DNA from: Azolla caroliniana
Lineage: Eukaryota > Plantae > Polypodiophyta
Assembly (NCBI GenBank): GCA_043228905.1
Contig: JBHGNT010000018.1
Coordinates: forward strand, 3,348,001 to 3,412,000
Direction of reading: 5' to 3'
Length of the DNA stretch: 64,000 bases
Shown: one piece after another, positions 49,714 through 60,806 of the stretch
Position numbering within the stretch: position 1 is the stretch's first letter
Layout of the letters: each line of letters begins with the position of its first letter
Made by a program: the position numbers and the translations under genes
Notes under the pieces: model-generated
The model's database searches: none
Seen by the model: only the letters and a program-made list of their open reading frames with translations
What the model was told of the DNA's origin: nothing

Positions 49714-52494
49714 ATGAGTGAAGATTCATCGTTCTCGATTGAAGAATATTGTTTGTCATCAGACTCATCGTTTTCTATTAAAGAGTATTGTTTGTCGACA
49801 GAATCACCATATTCTATTGAAGAATATTGTCTATCGACAGACTCACCATATTCTATCAAAGAATATTGTCTGAGCTCATCTACAAGGAATGTAAATAATG
49901 ACACATGTGAAGAGTTCTCTATTGAAGAATACAATATTAATAAAGATACGGAGAATGAAGGTAGTGCCAAGGAAACATTGAATAACATTGGCGATGGTCA
50001 CAACAAAGAATTAGATTGTAACAAGGTTACACCAACCTCTATGTAGGAAGAGAAATCTGGGAGCCCTATGCATATTAGAAGAATCCCACGAAGAATTCGT
50101 CTGGCTAGATTTAGCTTGGTGACATCAGATAAACAGATTGGATTTGATGTCAAAAAAATATGTTGTGCCCGTGGTTGTATGTCTATGATTGGAAAACCAA
50201 AGTTGCGAGAATTAAGGCGATACTATTTTTCGATGACCGGTGATGAGCAAGACACTTACCTCGGGTCACATATGCAACTAGTATCTGACAAATGTACGGG
50301 GATCAAAGTATCATTCGAGTATTATATCTTCCATGCGCAACAGATATGTAGAGTTGCATTCAAAATTGCGTTATGTGTTAGTAACATGCGGCTACATAGA
50401 GTACAACAACGTCTACTTAGCGGGGATCAGATGCTCAATTGTAAAGAGGTTCCACGAATGAAAGGTGCAATTGGAAGACATGTTATTGGTTGGATGAAAA
50501 ATTACTTTCAGTTAAATTGTGAAGTAATGCCCACTACAGGTAGGATGCACCTTTCTGATAATAATACACATCGGGAAGTTTATGATGTCTATCGATCTAA
50601 TATGCTGGGCTCATGTAATAAGTCTATCACCTATAGCCAATTCACAAGATTATGGAGAGCTCGGTTTTCAAATGTTATCATTCCTCGTAAAGTACGTATG
50701 GGGTATTGCTCCATTTGTGCAAATCTTAAAAGTTTGGCTAAAGGTGCAAAGACATCAATGGAAAAGGATATGAGTAAGAAGTTACTACAAGAGCATCGTG
50801 AGGCACAATCCTTAGAATGAAAGAAGGCGATGCATCATAGAGAGAAGTGTTTGAAGAGGCCCGAACAATACATGTGCTTAATGATAGATGGCATGGACCA
50901 AAAGAAGACATGTTTGCCGCATATGCGGAGGCTCCCCAAAGATGTCAATGATGAGTGCCTTGTTCAAATGCACTTAGTGGGATGCTTGGCTTATAATAGG
51001 TCTGTTGGACCTCACGTCTTCATTACATACCCCAATGTTCACAATGACCCTAACCTAACAGTTACAATCATTCACCGAGTTTTGATGTCTTGGGGCCAAC
51101 CTTTCCCCCCTGTTCTATACATTCAATTGGACAATACTGCTAGAGAGAACAAAAATTCAACTGTATTTGGCTATCTAAGTATGTTGGTCAACCAAGAATT
51201 GTTTAGGAAAGTGAAAGTCAATTTTCTTTTGGTTGGCCACACACATGACCATATAGATCAGATGTTTAGCACATTCTCCAGACAGTTGTCTCGGCATGAT
51301 GCTTTCACTTTACCTAAACTATTTGATGTCATTTGTGATGCATATACACCACGCCCAAAAGTGTTACACTTGAAGGAGGTATATGACTTTAAGAGATATA
51401 TATCAGATGGGGGTGGTGGGAATGTTAAAGTGTTTGCTCAGTTAAACAATATAAGTTTCAATCACATTTTTATGATAAAGAAAAATGGAATAAGTGGTTC
51501 TACACTTTTGTATGCTAAACAATATTCATCTTCTACAACATGGGAACCTGAAGGTGGTTGCCAGTTATTACTTTGTATGCCGAGTACAATTGTCCATGGA
51601 GCTAAGCAAATGCCAATTGAGAAGAAAGGACAGTTGCAGAGCGACTTGGTATCAGAACAAAAACGGTCATGGCTCCAAGCCTTAGAAGAAAAAAGAAAGC
51701 ATATTGAGGCCGCCAAGAAATATGTCGCACAAACAGACACGTCATGGTGGGATGTATTTTATAGTGATTAGAAAGGAATTATAGACAATTGTGTATCTGG
51801 TGATAATTGGAATTTGGAAACGCCATTCACATGGTCGCTGCAACATGATCGCGTAAATAGAACTCTGGAGCAACTAGCAAATGCGATTAATGATAGCTTA
51901 GTCCATCCACAACAAAGAGACATTTATGTGGGACCAAGGATGACCAAAGCAGCCGAAGCTAGATGGCAAGGCAATTTGCAAGAGCTCACCGCGGGGATGT
52001 TGATTGCAACGCCGGCTGATGAGAACTCACATGGCCACCAATTTTGGGTTGGTAAAATTCTAGAAGTGTTAATGCATGAAATAGAAAACACGATCAAGTC
52101 TATAAATGTTCATTGGTACAACACTAGAAGTGCAAATGCTTTTACAGGTAAGTATACATTGGAGATGATTGAATGCCCAACAAGAAGGGGAGGTAGGAAG
52201 AGGAAGCAAAACATTCGTAACACCTCGCCCCTTGATATCTCTAATGTGGATATCATCGTGTACGACTTCATACTTACAAAAGCCGGATGATTAAGGAAGT
52301 CAACAATAGATATAATAAAAGAAAAATTACCAGGTCTACAAGGTGGCTCGAGTCAAAGGCAAACGAGATCTGCTACGTATAATATAGAGTCAAACCATTT
52401 GGTTTATGACGAAGATAATGCACTGATTGGTACATCCGAGGATGATGAGGAGGAATCGTCATTGTATATTAGTTATAGTAGTGATTCTCCGTAA
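49714..52494 (+). pseudogene. Sola-like RNase H-fold DDD transposase (~926 codons, intronless, four premature stops)
   Basis: ORFs 49714, 50068, 50830 and 51814 share one frame. Motifs CSIC...H, MIDGMDQ, YIQLDNTARENKN, FLLVGHTHDHIDQMFS. Lies inside TIRs with a 4-bp TSD. Confidence 0.82.
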
Positions 52495-52862
52495 AGGAGT
52501 GATCATGAATGTATATTTGGCTATTAAGTGTAACTACATTCCGCTTGTAACAAATCAAGTAATATAAAAGCATGTGTTTTGAATTCTTATGATTTCTAAA
52601 AAATCGTTTCTTATAAAATAACATTGGTTGTAAAGTTTGTGATATAAATTGAGAACGTATCTTTTTGAAATTCGTCTTTTTTTAGTTACTTCTAAATCAC
52701 GAAAATAGTGGATTTTTAACCTTTTTCATAGTATGTTTAAACATGTATGATACTGGTATCAATGTGTTTTGTAAAATCATTGAAAAAGCCCTAAAATCAA
52801 CCAAAATTTCCCTTATCCTTCCATTTATGCGCGATCCTTCCACTTGTGAACGCGAACATGTT

Positions 52863-53860
52863 TTTTATTACCGCAAGTTCTTTTCACCTTTCCCTCACGG
52901 TACTACTTCGCTATCAGTCACTCATGAGTATTTAGCCTTGCAAGGAGGTCCTTGCTTATTCACACGGGATTTCGCGTGCCCCATGCTACTCGGGTTGGAG
53001 CGTGACTTGTTGATCTTTTTTAGAGATGTCATCACTGAATAAATACGGTGGAATTAGTCTAATTCGGTAAAACAACGATCAGGAGTCTACTAATCCTCTT
53101 GAATCTTGTAGGCTGATTTGATCTGGAGGGATCGAAAAAAGAAGTAGGCCATGGTTTGAAAATCCACCCTTTTTTTTTTTAGAATAATTGTTTTCCTTCC
53201 ACAGAAAAAAAGTTAGTAATAACTTGGTCTCGCACCTCTGCAATAGTCCCCATCATGATCCGTCATACTATTGTTGTTCACAATGGGCGGGAACACTTAC
53301 CGATATATGTAACTGATCGTATGGTAGGTCACAAACTAGGAGAATTTGCACCTCAAAAAAATGGAAAATCAATTTATGTAATTTTGATACGTTCAAAAAT
53401 ACCGAAAATTCTTTTCCTCTCACATTCCACTTATTGTTGTATTAATTAGGATTACTAATAAAATAATGTTTTTGTCTTTGGCACGGATTCGCTCACAGAC
53501 CCCTAGGTTATGATTATAGAGGTGTCAAAACTTCGCAGGTTAAAGCTGAAGAGTGGTTGTCAATAGTTGTTGCTCCATACATCAATGTAAAGGTCTATTT
53601 TCTTAATTCCAGCAAGTTCGGGTAGTTTCAATAGAATCCTTTTTTTTGTGAGGAATTTAAAGTCACTAGCAGTTACTTTCTTGGGACCAGTTACAGACAA
53701 AAAAGCTTTTTGTGCTTCGCCACTCCAGAATCTATCGACTTGAATATAAACGAATTGTCAGTCGTCGAATACTATTCTCGGAAAGCGATCATTTAGAACC
53801 GTGCATGAAATTCTAATTTCGCACGGCTCCTGGTTCCTAAAAGGCTTTCAATTGACTTTA
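52863..53860. other. Mosaic of plastid DNA fragments (NUPT): rrn23 ~52877-53010 (-), rps19 ~53203-53353 (+), ndhJ ~53481-53580 (+), rpoA ~53648-53720 (-), rps4 ~53725-53787 (+)
   Basis: 23S signature ttcacctttccctcacggtactacttcgctatc, and translations [53 protein letters not shown] and LNINELSVVEYYSRK. Confidence 0.85.
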
Positions 53861-53869
53861 GCAACGTTC

Positions 53870-54392
53870 CTATCAATATCTCAAATGATTAGAGTGTATG
53901 GTTGTTAACCATAAGGCCAAAGGTTCAAACCCTCCTAGGACTCATGTTTTTGTTCATCTTATGCTTAACTGCTTCCTTTGGTTTGTAAACTCAAGATGAC
54001 CAATATTTGTCATATTGTTTTTGGACAAAGCATTATATCTTGCTCCAACTTAGTTTTTTACGTAGATAACTAATTTTCATAAGTCAAAATATTGGATTCA
54101 ATATCTTACATGATTAGACCATAAGGTTGTTCACCATAAGGCCGAAGGTCCAATGCTCCTTGGAGGGATGTGAAAACCACCACTGTTGTTCATCTTATGT
54201 TTATGTGTTCCCTTGGATTTGTAACCTCATGACAAGCAATAATATTGACTATCATATTGTTTTTGGATGAGACATTGTATCTTGCTTCAACTGAGTTTAC
54301 CTTGTGCTTGGATAAACCATTGCTTTGAAATAACTCAAATGGTTAGAGTATATGGTTGTTAACCAAAAGGTGGAAGGTTCAATGCTTCCATT
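53870..54392 (+). repeat. tRNA-Asn-derived array, block 4 (about three units)
   Basis: ctcaaatg.ttagagt.tatggttgttaacca.aagg...aaggttcaa heads with the shared spacer. Confidence 0.8.
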
Positions 54393-57300
54393 AAATGTTT
54401 ACTTGATGAAGGAAGAACTAAGTATATTGAACTCGCTTGGCCCTAATCCTCTATAAGACTTGTCAAAACTCTACAAATATAATTAAGAACCAATTTAAAT
54501 GATAGCTTGGAGATATTTATAAGGATTTCTTGACCCCCTTCAAAGAACTACACATATACATACATCTCTAGGGAGTTTGGATTGTGCACGAATCGTCCCC
54601 TCTAGATTTGTTTCATCTCTTGTAAGTCTATTTCATTCAAATAATGGAGGGCTTCCAACAACATAGGAAATAAAACTAATAATATCATGGTCCATGGTTT
54701 ACCATTAAATTATTATTGGTTTCCATAGTTGGCATGAAATGTGAAAAAAAAATGTTGACAATTTAGTGTGTGTTTTTTTGTTTTCGAATATTCTTTCATC
54801 GACAATTGTCTTTGAATATCTTTTCCATTGTCGATAGTTCACAATGAAATTAGTTAAATTTTTAATTTAAAAGCAAAATTAGGGTGAATAATCAATCTAA
54901 AATCTAGAAAATAATCATTACCGACATCATTGCCAATAGACCATGAAATAAAACAAAAAAAGATATGGTCAATTGTCAACCATGTTCAAATTAAATATTT
55001 CACGTGTGAGACTTTGTCATCATACGTGATTCACACACTTTGCCAACTCTTTCAATGTTTGGAGATAACCCTTGGACCATTCTTCATACATACATAAGGG
55101 AGTTGAAGTTGTTATTCATTAAGCTTCCTCCTACATGGTGACAATTCTAAAAATGGCAAGCCTTGTCCAAGAGAAGGTTCACAAGCAATAAGCTTATATA
55201 GAGTCCTTATATTCAATCTAGAGTTTTTTGTATTGTCCTTCATAAGATTGTTCCTTCAAATTTCACTTTGTATTTCATTCCATGTATCTACCCATCGCTT
55301 AACAAATAAATAAAGAGACATTGGAAGTATTCTTTATTTTGGCATTTTTACAAAGTGACGACATTTTTTTGACATATGCTATCAGAAATTGTGAATCACT
55401 CCTACCTTCCGAACTTCTTAAAATACTGATATAGTATTTTCATTATGCCAAACTTATGACTAATATCCAAGGTTTTCTATAAACACTTTGTTTTCCATTC
55501 ATTTAATAGTTGATACTCTTCATGACTTTAATGAAAATGAGGATGTTTATCAACTTTGAATGTTCATCAAATCTTAAAAAGTATATTATGAAAATGAAGC
55601 GATGGAAAATGTCTCACAAAAGCAAAACTTAACTTAATAGGAAAGTGTGTCACTCAAATCATCACATATCTCGTGGTCATGTCATGGTTGGAGAATGTTT
55701 TCTATAGATCAATTGAAGTTCCCATGTATGAACAAGTTTATGCACTTTAAATAATACCTTTTATTGATTTCACTCTGGACAAGAACCCTCATAATCTAAC
55801 ATATCATTGGATGATGCTTCACTAATGGATTCTAAATATTGGTCAATACTCTACATTTTGAAACATCATATGCTTAGGTTATGCAAGAGTATCTTAAATA
55901 AATGACTTACATTACTTATAAAATGAATTAGTATGGTGTTTATAAAATTCTTATAAAAAGAGTATCCTAAATAAATGAATTACATTGCAATACATTCTAA
56001 AATTGATAGAATTTGGTTTGGCATTGTCAACTCATCCACGTATAGGAAGGATGGAGGGACAAAATATTTTACATGAGTTTAAACCTAATGAATTTTAATT
56101 TATTGTTCTTTTACATTGCGTCGTGGGATTTTTGCAGTTTGCAAATTTGTGTTATATTCGCTAATTAAATAGGGAAACTCTATATTATATTCATGGAAAT
56201 CCACTAAAAACATATGTGAACAAAATTCACATATAACAAATCCTTACCCCATAACTATGAGTTGATCAATAGACAAGTTGCCACATACACATTCCCAATC
56301 ACATATGTATTCCCATGTTTATAAATTGAACATGTTTAATATCTTATTGATATGCAAAATAAATAAAAAGATATTGTTTGGACGAGTCATTTAAAACTTA
56401 GACAAGTAAGATGGAATATTTTACTTGCACCACGAATTGCCTTGCGACATAGGTTTCTATCTATGTACTTTTTGACGTGGCGATTTGCAGTCACAACGAT
56501 TATTTGAATCAACTTTTTTTGCACGTAGAAAGCATGGACAATAAGAATATAACGAGTTGGGATTGAGCTATTCATTTTGGTTTATTTGGACTACACCTAC
56601 ACCACCACGCATTCAGAAAGGCAAAACTACATCGTGGGAAGACATTATATGGATGTAGCAATAAAAAAGACTAGAAAATTCAAACTGACTTCCACATCAT
56701 TCATCCATGAGTACATGAAGATGCACACGGTTTTGAGAATTAGTATTTGAATATACAAACGTTTTCATGTAAAAGACTCAAGTTTTGTATATACTCTCAA
56801 ATCAAAGGGTCATACTACAGTAACAACATACCCCTATTGACCATTCAAAACAAATTTATCAATCATATTATTAAAGGTTCGTCATTTGTATGTTAAAATT
56901 ATAGATTCTTACGAAAATAATAGTAAACAAAAAGGTTGTCTTTTTTTATACTTCTCTACTCTGTGTAGCTCATAAGTGACAATATTTCTAATTGTTTTTA
57001 TCTCGGAAGTCAAACCATGAATTGAAACAAACCCAAAGTAGATGTTGATGTGATAACCATGGGTGTTAAAATTTCCTATGTGCTTCATTGGAATTCCTCC
57101 GCGAATCAATATCATCAACATCAATTTTCTTACATAGGTATTGGGCATAAATTACAACTATTTGACTTGTAGGCACATTGTGTAGACCTAAGGGGAGTCA
57201 TTCTATACTAGTATCTCGATAAACCTATAACTTTGTAACAATACATGAACATCACTCACGCATAGACTTTGTTGCCCATGGACAACTAATTGGGTTAAAT

Positions 57301-57410
57301 GCTAGTTTCATTGAGAAAACTATTCGAGATGTGACTACGCTAATATGGATTGTTAAACATCAACATCATGTGCGCAATTCGTGTATAGATGTCGTTACAA
57401 GCATACAACA

Positions 57411-58005
57411 ATGGAATCCGACCAAAAGGATCCCTACATGGCAAATAGGATCATGAAAATGCTTTAGTGGCTATCGATGGAATGGGCATATGGGCCAATA
57501 TCAAGGGATTGGGTTCATTGAGTTTACTCCCACTACTCTGTGAGGTTAGTTGGATCAAGTGTGACCATACCCTTGGAATTTAACATTGAATGCCCATCCG
57601 CAGGAAGGGGGGGGGCACACCATTTGAGGGTTTTTTAAAAGGAGAGATCTTCAAACCTTTCTCTCTTTATAAGTGCTTGTAGGTAAAAACTAATAAATAG
57701 ATATAGATGAATGGAATCCGACCAAAAGGATCCCTACATGGCAAATAAGATCATGAAAATGTTTTAGTGGCTATCGATGGAATGGGCGTATGGGCCAATA
57801 TCAGGGGATTGGGTTCATTGAGTTTACTCCCACTACTCTATGAGGTTAGTTAGATCAAGCGTTCACCATACCCTTGGAATTTAACATCCAATGCCCATCA
57901 GGCGGGGCCACACCATTTGAGGGTTTTTTAAAAGGAGAGCTCTTCAAACCTTTCTCTGTTATAAGTGCTTGTAGGTAAAAACTAATAAATAGATATAGAT
58001 GAATG
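57411..58005. repeat. ~300-bp tandem duplication
   Basis: atggaatccgaccaaaaggatccc...aataaatagatatagatga at 57411 and 57711. Confidence 0.9.
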
Positions 58006-58271
58006 AATGATGAGCATTACAAACAAATTGTACACACATGCATACAAAAAGAAAGTAGAGACTATTTCACCGTTGTCTCTAATATCTATTATAAAAGCCT
58101 TACATTGCACACACACCTTCTCTAAGGTCTTTAAAACTAGGTATATTCATTTTATAGCAAAGTTAGGCTACTTTGTCTCTGTTATAAAAGCTTTTTTAGC
58201 ACACATACTTTCTCTTAAGTTCCTTTTAATAGTCTTGAATCATTGTGTTCTGGTTCAAATCTTAGGAAGCC

Positions 58272-58679
58272 ATGATGGATGGATACGAAGGCTTGATTCC
58301 TCTTCTTGTGTCTCTGCTACTCAAAGAATCATCCATGAATCATAAGCAGAAGAAGAAGACCATGAGTCATGGATCGGGGGGACGCCTTGACGACATAGTC
58401 AAGCTACTTATAATCGAAGAAGATTTTGTAGACGAAAAGGAAGAAGACGATGATGATGATGATGATGGTGTTGATCAGGGACGAATAAATCATCAACATG
58501 TTAATGATGAGATCAAGAGCCAGACTATGAGCACGGCACTGATAACAAGATTAATGGCGTTGCAATCTTCATTAACTTGCAGTATCAGCAGTAAAATGAG
58601 ACAATGTAATGATGGAGTGAACCAGAGCCTTCTACATGGAAGGTCATCGCATGAAAGGAATTTGTATACCAGAGTCTAG
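58272..58679 (+). CDS. Possible intronless small plant protein (135 aa) of unknown function
   Basis: Open frame with an N-terminal (Y)EGLIPLL...K motif that recalls a plant small-protein family, an acidic tract, and TATA-like TATAAAAG upstream. No firm homology. Confidence 0.35.
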   Translation: MMDGYEGLIPLLVSLLLKESSMNHKQKKKTMSHGSGGRLDDIVKLLIIEEDFVDEKEEDDDDDDDGVDQGRINHQHVNDEIKSQTMSTALITRLMALQSSLTCSISSKMRQCNDGVNQSLLHGRSSHERNLYTRV

Positions 58680-58839
58680 CTAGGTTTAATGGTCTCCTTC
58701 AGATTTCCTCCTTAATTGTACAGAAGACCGCCCCCCCCCCCCCCCCCCCCCTCAACATATATGTATATATACAAACTACTATTCAAAAGGCTTTCCTATT
58801 ATAGGTAGTAAGCCACTCATAAGAACAATATATGATCAT

Positions 58840-60540
58840 CATCTCCTTAATTTTTTCCTTAATCATGTTTAATACCACTGCATGTCTATATAATAACCAC
58901 CATTACAAAGCTAATTATGTTGCTAATAGAATCTCATCAACTTTTCCTTAATTGTATTTTATACCCCTCCATATATGTTTATGCCTAACCAGAGTTAAAA
59001 GTCTATCTATGTTGATTTTAGAGCTATAGAATCTTCATCATAGCTTTTTCTTAATTGTATTTAATACCCCTCAATACATATAGCTACCATTAGAAGGCCA
59101 ATTATGTATGATCTCCTAAACTTTTCCTTAATTTCATTTAATACCCCTCATTGACAATTTATGGTGCTAATTTTAGATATACGTAAAATCTCGTCAGTAT
59201 TTCTTTTAGCGAATTTCTTACCCCTCAATACGTGTTTTTGTGTGTCATTATTGGAATATGATATATTCAGCGGTTCCATTTAGTATGGTCCTACTTTTCC
59301 TTAATTAAATTTACTAGCCCTCAATAAACTCAATTACTTGTCCCCTTAATTAATCAAGCATTAATTTATTATTCATTGTGTTCACACTTATTAGTATGGA
59401 GAGAGAGCTCATGATTACTTTGAATGTTAAATGAAATACATGGTCACACGTTATTTGTAGAGCACTCATACTCATGAGAACTTTATAGTTGCATGATTCG
59501 GCTATTGTCAATGGTATCATGTTATATATGATCATTTCACAAATCACACTCATACTCATGAGAACTTTATAGTTGCATGATTCGACCATTGTCAATGGTA
59601 TCATATTATATATGATCATTTCACATTCTGTTGTATTTCGCTAGTGTTGAAATTAATGGAATTATTGTTGATCTACGCATTCAAGTGTGCCAATGTTCTT
59701 TTTCTTATTAGAAGTAGTTGTCCACTCTAAACATGTCAATGCCTTGTAACAAGCTAGATAAGTTGCATGATTCTCGATTGTCAATGGGATCATATTATAT
59801 ATGATCATTTCACATTTTGTTGTATTTTGAAACTAATGGAATTATTGATCTACACATTCAAGTATGTCAGTTCTTTTTCTTTCTTATTAGAAGTAGTTGT
59901 CCACTCTTTATATGTCAATGCCTTGTAACGAGCTTCTTTTGATATTTAGATAAATTGCATGATTCTTGATTGTCAATGGTATCATATTATATATGATCAT
60001 TTCACATTTTATTGTATTTTAAAATTAATGGAATTATTGATCTACACATTCAAGTGTATCAAGTTCTTTTTCTTATTAGAAGTAGTTGTCCACTCTAAAT
60101 ATGTCAATGCCTTGTAACAAGCTTGTTTTGATATTTAGATCAGTATTGTATTAGATTTTTACTATATTTGTATATAACAAAATATATTAGATTTGAGACC
60201 AAAACAAGTCTTGAAAAACCAATGTTCTAAAGCATCAACCCAACCATGCCACAATAGACATAACAATGTCAATAGTTTGGATATCATGGGGTCTTGAAAA
60301 GCCTAAAAAACCAATATTGTAAAGCACCAACCCAGTCAAGTCACAATAAAGATAGCAATGTCAACATTTTGGATACCATGAGTTCTCGAAAAGCCTAAAG
60401 CAACAACATAATTAAGACATCAACAACACAATCCGGATATCATGAGTTCTTGAAAAGCCTAGTAACTCAATATTGTAAAGTCCAACCCAATTGGGCCACA
60501 ATAGAAAAAATAAATGTCAATAGTTTGGATACTATGAGAT
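58840..60540. repeat. Run of local tandem repeats (~60-120 bp degenerate, 87 bp x2, ~185 bp x3, ~95 bp x3-4)
   Basis: Recurrent ttttccttaattgtatttaatacccctc, gttgcatgattc...tatatgatcatttcaca and gaaaagccta...ttggata.catg. Confidence 0.7.
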
Positions 60541-60724
60541 CATTTGTTCAAATGACCGATGTGATGTGTATGGATTTGTGCCCACAATTGTGAGCTAATA
60601 GCCTAAATAACTTACAACTAGGTATATGTAACAAACACAATAAATTGTTTTGATTTTTTTCAATGAAAATGAGAAAGTCATATTGGCATGTAAAAATATT
60701 GCATACCGATACCATACAACCCTA

Positions 60725-60727
<3 letters not shown>

Positions 60728-60800
<73 letters not shown>
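60728..60800. repeat. Compound microsatellite (TG)n(AG)n
   Basis: Seen directly. Confidence 0.95.

Positions 60801-60806
<6 letters not shown>

Larger units (their letters stand above)
37962..52862. mobile_element. TIR DNA transposon (Sola-like), ~9.5 kb without the nested Copia, carrying a transposase and a ParB-DNA methyltransferase gene
   Basis: ~36-bp TIRs AACACGTTCGCGTTCACAAGTGGAAGGATTGTGCAT (37962-37997) and the reverse complement at 52827-52862 with 3 C/T differences. 4-bp TSD TTTT (37958-37961, 52863-52866). Confidence 0.9.

Noticed and set aside
52877-53353. Functional 23S rRNA or rps19 genes
   Set aside because: Short mutated fragments within a plastid-derived mosaic.
20185-54392. 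Functional tRNA-Asn genes
   Set aside because: Each unit I inspected has substitutions or deletions in stems or A/B boxes and no clear oligo-T terminator, so they are treated as pseudogene repeats.
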